From assembly GCA_041665025.1 (NCBI GenBank), contig JBAYJP010000002.1, positions 128,691 to 192,690 on the forward strand: 64,000 nt of DNA, read 5' to 3'. Below are positions 27,849 through 36,349 of this stretch, in pieces (position 1 is the first letter of the stretch; every line of letters begins with the position of its first letter). This stretch comes from Candidatus Magasanikiibacteriota bacterium. Lineage in GTDB: Bacteria > Patescibacteriota > Patescibacteriia > Magasanikbacterales > UBA922. The notes under the pieces were generated by a model. That model was not told the DNA's origin. It was given only the letters and a program-made list of their open reading frames with translations, and searched no databases. A program made the translations under genes and the position numbers.

Positions 27849-28616
27849 CTATTCAATGGGCAAAGAATCCTCCCATACCGAATCCCACATTGCTTTCATA
27901 CTTTGACTAAAGGATTTATTATGCACCAAAAAACCAAACATCTCCGGTAAAAAATTAATAAAGATAACCATATCATCGACAATGGTAATCATGACACTAT
28001 TTTTTCCTCTCAACTTTTCTGGCGCTAGACGTACGTTCCATAACATCTTTTTAAATTCAGAAATTGTCTTATCTGCAGGTTTATCGTGCAATATACTATA
28101 ATTCACAATTCCCTTTCTTACTCTTTTTTTTAAGAAATTTCTGATATACACATTCTCTTCTGTTTCCATGTACTTAAATAGAACCCCAAAAGTATAAATA
28201 ACTTTCGACGTGGACAAAAATATCTTCTCCATTAAGTTTTTTAGATTTTCCAAACCATAATAGTACTCTATATATGGCGCATGTTGTATATCATCAAAAA
28301 CCGATGGGAAAGAGGAAATAGACTCCTGAATTTTTTCTTTCAAACCAACAATCTCTTCTTGTTTTCTTTCGAGTATTGAAACAAGCTGTTGTGGGGGTTG
28401 CGACTTAAACTTTTCCACCTTAGAGCCTGCAGAAATCATTAGCCCTTTATCAACGAGCAACCTAAGAGTGTGATAGACGCTTGAACGTTTTAACCCTGCC
28501 GCTTGAGCTACCTGTCCTGCGGTCAAATAATTCTTTTGCATTGCCTTTAAATATACCTTTGTCTCAACCTCTGATAAACCAAAAGATTGTAGTAATTGTG
28601 TAATTTCCATATACAA
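27849..28616 (-). CDS. TrmB-family HTH transcriptional regulator
   Basis: LQSFGLSEVETKVYL...AGLKRSSVYHTL..LVDKGL; PYIEYYYG. Confidence 0.85.
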   Translation of the reverse strand: MYMEITQLLQSFGLSEVETKVYLKAMQKNYLTAGQVAQAAGLKRSSVYHTLRLLVDKGLMISAGSKVEKFKSQPPQQLVSILERKQEEIVGLKEKIQESISSFPSVFDDIQHAPYIEYYYGLENLKNLMEKIFLSTSKVIYTFGVLFKYMETEENVYIRNFLKKRVRKGIVNYSILHDKPADKTISEFKKMLWNVRLAPEKLRGKNSVMITIVDDMVIFINFLPEMFGFLVHNKSFSQSMKAMWDSVWEDSLPIE

Positions 28617-28811
28617 CCATATTATAAACTAATCATATATTTGTCAACTATCATCAACAAATATTTTTTTATTTTAAAATAATACCAAATAATTTATACA
28701 AAAAATGAATAGCACACAACTAGACATAAAATTCAAAAAGGCTAATATATAAAATGAAAATCCTGGCTCTGACCTAATCGATGAGACATGCGCGGCACAA
28801 AAAAGGAGAAA

Positions 28812-29165
28812 ATGATGATCGGATTTCCCGAGGAAGACTTCTCAGAGAGAGCTACTCGAAGTTCGATAACACTCCGAGACAAAGAGATGTGGGAAAGGGT
28901 AATCAAACGGAACTCAAGCGACTTCTTCTCTGCGACCGTTGTCTGTTTTGCAGCTGTCTGGGCGGAACAGATGGAAGCGTGTATCGCTATAGGAGAAAAT
29001 GTTGAACAGTGCGCCCGCAAAGCCAAAGAAATAGCTATGGAAATGAGTCCTTTTTTCTCTGGTATGACTGGGCAGATGGTCGGGTATGCAGCAAATATTC
29101 TGGTAGGCGTCTGGATTCACGGGCAGGAGCTTAGGTCTTGGTACAAGGGTGAATACCAGGTCTGA
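28812..29165 (+). CDS. Orphan hypothetical protein
   Basis: SD AAGGAG before ATG 28812; divergent from TrmB; GMTG...WIHG. Confidence 0.6.
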   Translation: MMIGFPEEDFSERATRSSITLRDKEMWERVIKRNSSDFFSATVVCFAAVWAEQMEACIAIGENVEQCARKAKEIAMEMSPFFSGMTGQMVGYAANILVGVWIHGQELRSWYKGEYQV

Positions 29166-29452
29166 GATGAGCCATAAAAAGGAGGAAAGGAGGGGATCAA
29201 CTCTCGTACGAGTGAGAACAAAAAATCATGCCATATTGGCTGGTTTTTTGTTTATAAATTGTTATGTGATACGTGCGCTATGATACGTATAAAATTGTAT
29301 ACACTATCCTACACATGTGGATAACCTTGTGGAAAATAGACTATTACTGTGGATATCTTTGACCTTACAGATGTATAAACTAATCTATACAAATATACTT
29401 TTTGGCTTAAATTAGCCAATTTTAAATTAAAAAATAACAAAAAACCTTACAG

Positions 29453-29481
29453 TTGACACGTTTTTCAAATCATGCTATAAT
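29453..29481 (+). promoter_or_regulatory. Consensus sigma70 promoter
   Basis: TTGACA-N17-TATAAT with extended -10 TG. Confidence 0.8.
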
Positions 29482-29487
29482 GAATAT

Positions 29488-29823
29488 GTGATCATTTCAT
29501 TGTCCCGATACTATCGGGACCTACACCCTTCTTAACTGCTCTCCATATAATGTAGCTTCGGCTACATTCAAAAACAAACATCAAACGAACATAGGTGACC
29601 TCACCCATTACAGATTCGCAGTACCCCTGCTGATCTGCCCGAGGCTTCCACCATTGAGCGGTAGAGGGTTTTGATCCCAGGTTTTCCTGGCCTTTCTCAA
29701 GCATTTGAGTACTATAGTATATACTTCTATAGTATTGAAACGCTTGAGGAAAACCGGACTCTGGGATTAATAAGAGGCTTCCAGCCACCTTATTACCCAG
29801 GGCGAACGGACGCCTCTTTTTTT
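29488..29823 (+). ncRNA. Candidate unclassified structured ncRNA
   Basis: Downstream of a consensus promoter, no convincing plus-strand ORF, many hairpins, ends in a stem plus T-run. Confidence 0.5.
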
Positions 29824-30005
29824 ATTCTCCAAACTTACGGGTAATCCTGATTTACTGATGAAAATGCCCAAAATCCGTAAATTACGGATAACCTGTAAGA
29901 TGTTATTAACAACATTATTCACACATAGCCCCTCTGAGCTTGATAAAATGATTCAATTCACATATACTTACTGTGTTTTTTATGAATTTGAGGCTAAATA
30001 ATTGT

Positions 30006-30401
30006 ATGACTAAACAAGTAATACATCTCAGTCAGGAATTTCTCGACAAAGTAAAAACGATCTTGTTGGAAGAAAAAACCAAACTTGAGAACGAATTAAA
30101 CAAATTTACAGAAAAAAATCCTCATACTACAGAGGAGGATTTTGATGCAGTCTATCCTGACTATGGAGACAAAAGCGATGAAAACGCCCAAGAAATTACT
30201 GATTTCCTGGCAAACAAACCGCTTGAAATGAATTTGGAAAAGACGTTACGAGATATTAACAAAGCTCTTGAGAGTATCCAAAAGGGCACATATGGTACTT
30301 GCAAGTATTGCAAAGAGCCAATTGATGAGAAACGCTTAATTGCCCGACCAACTTCAAGTGCATGCATTAGTTGCAAAAAAACACTCACTCAAGAAGCTTA
30401 A
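30006..30401 (+). CDS. DksA/TraR C4-type zinc finger protein
   Basis: AL..I.KGTYGTCKYC.EPI..KRL.ARP....CISC. Confidence 0.9.
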   Translation: MTKQVIHLSQEFLDKVKTILLEEKTKLENELNKFTEKNPHTTEEDFDAVYPDYGDKSDENAQEITDFLANKPLEMNLEKTLRDINKALESIQKGTYGTCKYCKEPIDEKRLIARPTSSACISCKKTLTQEA

Positions 30402-30429
30402 ACCAAGTTTTCTAAATAGAAAACTTATT

Positions 30430-30897
30430 ATGAACATATCAAAAACCCACATTATAACAGCTATTGTTACCAGTGGGTTTTTTTTAGTATGTGACCAATA
30501 TCTAAAATTTATTGCAAGCCGCGATCCGATGCGTTCCTATTACATATGGAAATCCTGGCTTGGATGGGAATATTTCGAGAATCCTGGGATTGCATTTGGC
30601 ATTCCTGTTCCTTCGTCTATTGTAATTAGTATAACCCCTATTATTATCGCCGGAATTTTATGGTGGCTGTATTTTAAAAATAAATGCACGATCTCAATGT
30701 ATGGAGGAATTTGTATAATTGCAGGCGCTTTTTCCAATTTTATTGATAGGATATTTTATTCTATTACTATTGATTACATACGAATATTGACCTCTCTGAT
30801 AAACTTGGCAGATGTTCTTATTATTGTTGGCGCGGGACTTATTGTGATAGATCATTGGGAAAGTGAGGCGACGAAGATTAAAAGATTAAAAGATTAA
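30430..30897 (+). CDS. lspA: Signal peptidase II
   Basis: DQYLK, NPGIAFG, GAFSNFIDR, NLAD. Confidence 0.85.
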   Translation: MNISKTHIITAIVTSGFFLVCDQYLKFIASRDPMRSYYIWKSWLGWEYFENPGIAFGIPVPSSIVISITPIIIAGILWWLYFKNKCTISMYGGICIIAGAFSNFIDRIFYSITIDYIRILTSLINLADVLIIVGAGLIVIDHWESEATKIKRLKD

Positions 30898-31038
30898 AAG
30901 ATTACGACGTTTTGAATCTCGCGTACAAATCTTTCAATCTTTTAATCTTGAATTTTTCTTCCAAGTGGCTCGGATATACGTTTAAGCTCGTTCGAAATAA
31001 AACAATAAAACTTACATTTAACAACCACCCGCCTGTCT

Positions 31039-32562
31039 ATGTTCTCCAAAATTAACTCCGCCGCAATGGTGGGTCTTGATTGTACGCCTATTACAGTGGA
31101 GGTGGATGTATCTCCGCGCTGGCCTGGATACCAAATTGTTGGGCTTCCAGATACTGCCATACAAGAAGCAAAACAACGTATTCGTACAGCCTGGAAAAAT
31201 ACAGATCTCCAATTTCCTCACAATGCAGGCATTGTCATAAACTTAGCTCCGGCTGACGTACGTAAAGAAGGTTCTGCCTATGACCTGCCTATTGCGGTTG
31301 GTATGTATATGGCAACCGAAGGAAAAGAGTTTTCTCTTCTCACCCATGCAATGTTTGTTGGTGAATTAGCATTGGATGGTAGCCTACGCCACACAAACGG
31401 CATACTCCCACTTGCCATATTTGCTTCACAACACGGGTATACTGAATTATTTGTGCCAGCCGTTAATGCAAAAGAGGCATCTATTATCCCCCATGTCACG
31501 GTATACCCAGCAGAATCTTTCAAATCTATTATCAACCACATAAATGGTACAGAACTCATACTAGCCATGAAGCCTGTTTCTGTAGCTGATTTTTTTGAGG
31601 CCACGACTTATGAAATGGATATGGCATATGTCAAAGGACAAGAATTTGTAAAGCGTGCTCTAGAAATTGCGGCAAGCGGAGCACACAATGTGTTATTGTC
31701 TGGTCCCCCTGGATCAGGAAAGACACTCCTTGCACGCACATTGCCGTCCATACTTCCACAAATGACTACGGAAGAATCAATTGAGGTAACCAAAATATAT
31801 TCTGTGGCAGGCTTGCTCCCCACAGAATTGCCCCTCGTAACCGAACGGCCCTTTAGATCACCTCACCATAGCGCTTCAGGAGTTGCACTTGTCGGAGGCG
31901 GAGCATTCCCCAAGCCAGGTGAAATATCTCTTGCACACAGAGGTGTGTTATTTCTTGATGAATTCCCTGAATTTCCACGCCAAGTGCTTGAAAATCTTCG
32001 GCAACCTCTCGAAGATGGCATAGTGACAATATCGCGTGCACAAGGAACAATCACCTTCCCTGCCCGCTTCACACTTATCGCAAGTCAAAATCCATGTCCC
32101 TGTGGGTATGCAAGCGACCCAGAGCGAACATGTTCATGCTCTCAGATGATGATTGAACGATACAAGAAAAAAATTAGTGGTCCCCTGCTTGACCGTATTG
32201 ATTTGCATGTGGAAGTGCCCCGTGTTCAATTTGAAAAACTTTCCCAGTCAGAGCTTGCTGAAAGTTCACAAAATATCCGTGCTCGAGTTGAACAAGCGCG
32301 CGAACGCCAGCAACAACGATTCAAAAATTCTCCGTACACGACAAATAGCGAAATGAAAAATAAAGATATACGCGAATTTTGCAAACTGCGCGACGATTCA
32401 GTTGACTTATTGCGTCAAGCAGTTACACATATGCACTTGTCAGCACGTGCATATCACCGCATTTTAAAATTAGCGCGAACCATCGCAGATCTTGCCTCAA
32501 AAGATGATATTGCGACTGAACATATTGCTGAAGCATTACAATACAGAGCAAAAAGTGAATAA
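31039..32562 (+). CDS. comM: YifB/ComM Mg-chelatase-like AAA ATPase
   Basis: VGLPD, NLAPAD, GPPGSGKT, PFRSPHH, GEISLAHRGVLFLDE, NPCPCG. Confidence 0.92.
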   Translation: MFSKINSAAMVGLDCTPITVEVDVSPRWPGYQIVGLPDTAIQEAKQRIRTAWKNTDLQFPHNAGIVINLAPADVRKEGSAYDLPIAVGMYMATEGKEFSLLTHAMFVGELALDGSLRHTNGILPLAIFASQHGYTELFVPAVNAKEASIIPHVTVYPAESFKSIINHINGTELILAMKPVSVADFFEATTYEMDMAYVKGQEFVKRALEIAASGAHNVLLSGPPGSGKTLLARTLPSILPQMTTEESIEVTKIYSVAGLLPTELPLVTERPFRSPHHSASGVALVGGGAFPKPGEISLAHRGVLFLDEFPEFPRQVLENLRQPLEDGIVTISRAQGTITFPARFTLIASQNPCPCGYASDPERTCSCSQMMIERYKKKISGPLLDRIDLHVEVPRVQFEKLSQSELAESSQNIRARVEQARERQQQRFKNSPYTTNSEMKNKDIREFCKLRDDSVDLLRQAVTHMHLSARAYHRILKLARTIADLASKDDIATEHIAEALQYRAKSE

Positions 32563-32641
32563 ATAAAAAGACAAAATTTCCATTTCTTCCCACGCGACAA
32601 ACTAGAATATTTTTTAATGATTATTTTTTAATATAAATATT

Positions 32642-33832
32642 ATGAGTTTACCAAAAAATGTTTGGCGCTGGTCTTTCTACGACTTTGCCAATTCTAGTTA
32701 TGTTTTGATATTTCAAGCATTTTTGCTCCCCGCGTTCTTTTCAACTGTTTTATTCACAAAAGGATACAGTTTAAGTGCTTGGGGTATTGCAAATGGCATT
32801 TCCACAGCCATTGGAATACTGCTGGCAATTATACTGGGGAAATATGCCGATAAACATAGCCGTTTAAAGATTTTTAAGTGGGTTATATTAACTTGTTTTG
32901 CAGGAATGGCGACCCTGTCCTTATTTGTTGGAATATTCGCCAGTGGTGTATTTTATCTTTTTATTTTTACTAACTGTTTGTTTATTGCTTCCTTGTCACT
33001 ATCGGATTCAATTTTGCCCTATGTCTCAAATAAAAATAATTCCTACGAATATAGCGGTTTCGCATGGGGTTTTGGGTATTTAGGTGGAATTGCAAGTTTA
33101 GTCATAGCCGTGATACTACAAAAATTATTTTCAGAATATTCTCCAATAGTTTTTTTGAGTGTAGCAATTTTTTATTTATGTTTTTCGCTTTATGCACTAA
33201 ATGGGCTAAAAGATACACCGCTAAATGACCCAAAAGATAAAAATAAAAAAGATATTATCTCCAAAAAACAAAAAATATTTTTATTGATCGGGTACTGGTT
33301 AATCAGTGAAAGCATTACAGTAATTATATTGTTCTTTTCTATTTTTGCTGCCAAAGAATTAGGTTTTTCCACTTTCAAAATTGGAATCAGCCTATTGTTC
33401 GTGCAATTAATCGGCTTTCCCGCAACTTGGCTCGGCGGTAAATTGACTAAACGATTTAACAACGTCTCATTGTTAGGATTATCTATTTTGTTGTGGGGGA
33501 TAGTTATTGCCTTGATGATTACTAACCCAAGTTTAGTAACATTTGCCTTCGTTGTATTTTTTACTGGCTTAACAATCGGTAACAGTCAATCCTTTCTGCG
33601 TGCACAATATTCTACTGTTATAAATAAAAGTGAATCTGGATACCAATTTGGAATTTATGCCTTTATTTCTCAGGCTGCCGCTTCTATTGGTCCAATTATT
33701 TATGGACTTGCTAGTGACTCTCTTGGCAGTCAAAAAGTGCCTATGTTATTTCTTTTTGCATTAATGGTTATCGGATTTGTAATTATATGGAAAATAATGA
33801 ATAAAGTTAAACCAAAAATAGAAATGATATAA
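32642..33832 (+). CDS. MFS transporter (UMF1/Atg22-like)
   Basis: W.FYDFANS, SGFAWGFGYLGG; about 12 TM helices. Confidence 0.85.
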   Translation: MSLPKNVWRWSFYDFANSSYVLIFQAFLLPAFFSTVLFTKGYSLSAWGIANGISTAIGILLAIILGKYADKHSRLKIFKWVILTCFAGMATLSLFVGIFASGVFYLFIFTNCLFIASLSLSDSILPYVSNKNNSYEYSGFAWGFGYLGGIASLVIAVILQKLFSEYSPIVFLSVAIFYLCFSLYALNGLKDTPLNDPKDKNKKDIISKKQKIFLLIGYWLISESITVIILFFSIFAAKELGFSTFKIGISLLFVQLIGFPATWLGGKLTKRFNNVSLLGLSILLWGIVIALMITNPSLVTFAFVVFFTGLTIGNSQSFLRAQYSTVINKSESGYQFGIYAFISQAAASIGPIIYGLASDSLGSQKVPMLFLFALMVIGFVIIWKIMNKVKPKIEMI

Positions 33833-33981
33833 AAATACAATAAAATCTTGACTACAAGAGATCGACTCTCAAATTTTGAGATTAAACTTAAGATAAAATT
33901 TATTTAATATAAAGTTGAAAACAAAAAAAACATCCTAATTCCTCTGGATGTTTTTTAGTTGACATGTGTTACGTGAAAACA

Positions 33982-35367
33982 TTATTTCCTTATATACGCA
34001 AGCGGATTTTGCCTTTTGCCATTTACCTGAATTTCAAAGTGCAGATGCGGACCAGTCGAGCGTCCCGTAGACCCCATAAGCGCGATTGATTGACCTTGCT
34101 CTACCGCATCACCCACAGAAACCAACAGCTGAGATGCATGCGCATAAATAGTACTAACCCCTGCTCCGTTATTAAGTTGTACATAACATCCATACCCAAT
34201 CGCATTATTACACTCAGACTTTACTACCGTACCACTCTTGGTCGCATATATGGCAGTACCTTTGGGTCCGGCAATATCCAGACCACCATGTCTCCAGCTA
34301 AAATACTGCGTAATATGAGATGCTGCTGTTGGCCATAAATAACCAGAACCAGCCGGAGCGGAAACAGATGGGGGCGGAGCCGAAACTTTATCAAATGAAG
34401 TTGGTTTTTGTGCAATATATTGAGGCACTACCACTGGCTGTGGTTTTACACCGCCAGGAATAATTAGTTCTTCACCCATGACAATATCGGCTCCATCTTC
34501 TTGTAATTTATTATATGAAATAATTTCTTCTGATTTTGCATCATACTTCCGTGCTATCTTTGTAATAGTGTCTCCTTTTGCTATGGTGTGTACGAGTCCA
34601 TCCACGGGTAAAATCTTTAGTTTATCTCCTGGGCGTATGTATGATCTCACCGTCAAATTATTGGCCCACAAAATTGTTTCTATACTTACGCCATAATTAT
34701 TTGCAATTTGACCTATCACATCTCCAGACTGTACTTCATAATATTCAACTTCAGTTCTTTGTGTATGAGTCAATGAATCCCCTTCTGTTGCCACACCTAC
34801 ATCAATATTTGACATGATCATTGGTTTTTCCAAAGCAGTGCCGCCCATACTAACCCCCACAAGTTCAGTGGATAATCCTGTGCCCCTTTCTTTTCCTTGT
34901 TGTATATTTGTAGAAACAGATCCTTCTTTCCAAAGCGAAATAGAAACATCACTTTGAGAAACATTTTGAACGGTTTCTTCTTCCAAAACAAAATCTTGAT
35001 TCCCCGGACCAACAATGGAATATAAAAGCGTGTTTCTCCCAGGTACATCCTCATACGATTTTGAATATAATCTGCTGTGGGGAAACATGATAACCAATAC
35101 CAGAATAAAAAGAACTACCTGCAATGTAGCTCTGCGTCCAAAAAATTCCAGCTTGCTTTCTTTACGAGAAAAAAATATATGTTTTGAGATAAACTTTTTA
35201 GTATAAAAAAAGAACTTATATAAAATAAAACCTACTGATCTCTGATATCCATCATTTACCCTTAAAATCCCCTGCCATACAAATTTAAAAAACCAAAAAA
35301 GGCCACGTTTAGCATAGATTAGGCCTTTCAATAGATGAAGGAGGACTTGGTACTTATTTACTGACAT
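33982..35367 (-). CDS. LysM + M23 peptidase
   Basis: Two LysM repeats, HGGLD, YAH, GSTGRSTGPHLHFE. Confidence 0.92.
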   Translation of the reverse strand: MSVNKYQVLLHLLKGLIYAKRGLFWFFKFVWQGILRVNDGYQRSVGFILYKFFFYTKKFISKHIFFSRKESKLEFFGRRATLQVVLFILVLVIMFPHSRLYSKSYEDVPGRNTLLYSIVGPGNQDFVLEEETVQNVSQSDVSISLWKEGSVSTNIQQGKERGTGLSTELVGVSMGGTALEKPMIMSNIDVGVATEGDSLTHTQRTEVEYYEVQSGDVIGQIANNYGVSIETILWANNLTVRSYIRPGDKLKILPVDGLVHTIAKGDTITKIARKYDAKSEEIISYNKLQEDGADIVMGEELIIPGGVKPQPVVVPQYIAQKPTSFDKVSAPPPSVSAPAGSGYLWPTAASHITQYFSWRHGGLDIAGPKGTAIYATKSGTVVKSECNNAIGYGCYVQLNNGAGVSTIYAHASQLLVSVGDAVEQGQSIALMGSTGRSTGPHLHFEIQVNGKRQNPLAYIRK

Positions 35368-35479
35368 AATATGGGGTCTGTAAAAGCCATTATATCCCAA
35401 ATCTAATCTTTTTTCAACTACCAATTACATCTTGAAAACAAAGAATGTATGTGATATCATGTGTGTATTCTGTTGTCCT

Positions 35480-35550
35480 GGTACGGTAGCCAAGTGGTAA
35501 GGCAGGAGTCTGCAAAACTCCCATCGCGGGTTCGATTCCCACCCGTACCT
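35480..35550 (+). tRNA. tRNA-Cys(GCA)
   Basis: GGTACGG/CCGTACC acceptor stem, GGAGT-ct-GCA-aa-ACTCC anticodon arm, U73. Confidence 0.95.
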
Positions 35551-35648
35551 CCCAGGCTTTGCTCAGCTGTCTGTCGGCAGGCAGACGCCGGGCAGGTATA
35601 AAAAACTCCCCACAATACATGTAAGGGAGTTTTTTTATAAACGTTATA

Positions 35649-36197
35649 TTATCTGTAGAAGATTTCCATTTTTACCTTTTTAACGCCAAATTGCTTTGCT
35701 TCAGGATACGAAGGCATCCAAATATCCCCTCTGGCATATCCATAACGGGCATTCATGCGATCACGAACCGTAAATACCTTGTCCCCATAGAGTTCTGGAA
35801 ACTTAACCTTTGTCCCAAGAGGCAAGAAATTAGCAGCAATCGTATCTTGCAAACCTAATTCTTCATAATTTACACATAAATTGAAAGAAGAGTCAGCAGG
35901 AATACAAGGTGTTGAGTCTGTTTGAGCAACGTCACTTGAATAAGCAGTCATAACAGCCCAAATAACCATACGAGGGCTTTCCTCATTTTCTGGGAAAGAA
36001 AGTGAGACGTCAGTAACGGCATTGACTTCTTCGGTGTTTCTGCCAAGCAAAAAATCAATAGAATTAGACAAGAAATTGCCTTTGGCCTCTACTGTCTGAG
36101 GAACCATATTAGAGGTAATAAAAACACCAATAAGCACAAGCGAAGAAATCCCCTTAAACAAGCTATAGTGTATATATTTTTTGATAGAAAATGACAT
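35649..36197 (-). CDS. 3D-domain (MltA-like) protein
   Basis: TAYSS...QTDSTP, IAANFLPLGT, V.DRM, DIWM. Confidence 0.8.
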   Translation of the reverse strand: MSFSIKKYIHYSLFKGISSLVLIGVFITSNMVPQTVEAKGNFLSNSIDFLLGRNTEEVNAVTDVSLSFPENEESPRMVIWAVMTAYSSDVAQTDSTPCIPADSSFNLCVNYEELGLQDTIAANFLPLGTKVKFPELYGDKVFTVRDRMNARYGYARGDIWMPSYPEAKQFGVKKVKMEIFYR

Positions 36198-36349
36198 ATT
36201 TTACCTTAAGTTAGCCAAATTTATTATTTTTTACCTTTTTTAGCCAACTTAAAAGATACCCTATAAGGTATCCATATCAGTTGACGCAGAAGTGTATCAC
36301 AAAATGGCAATTTTGTCAATAGTTTGATACAATGTATCCAATTACATAT

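Noticed and set aside
29850-29900. CTGATGA as a possible third hammerhead
   Set aside because: No stem II closed by GAAA and no stem I/III pairing.
33964-33982. parS-like palindrome TGTGTTACGTGAAAACA
   Set aside because: Spacing deviates from the 16-bp consensus.
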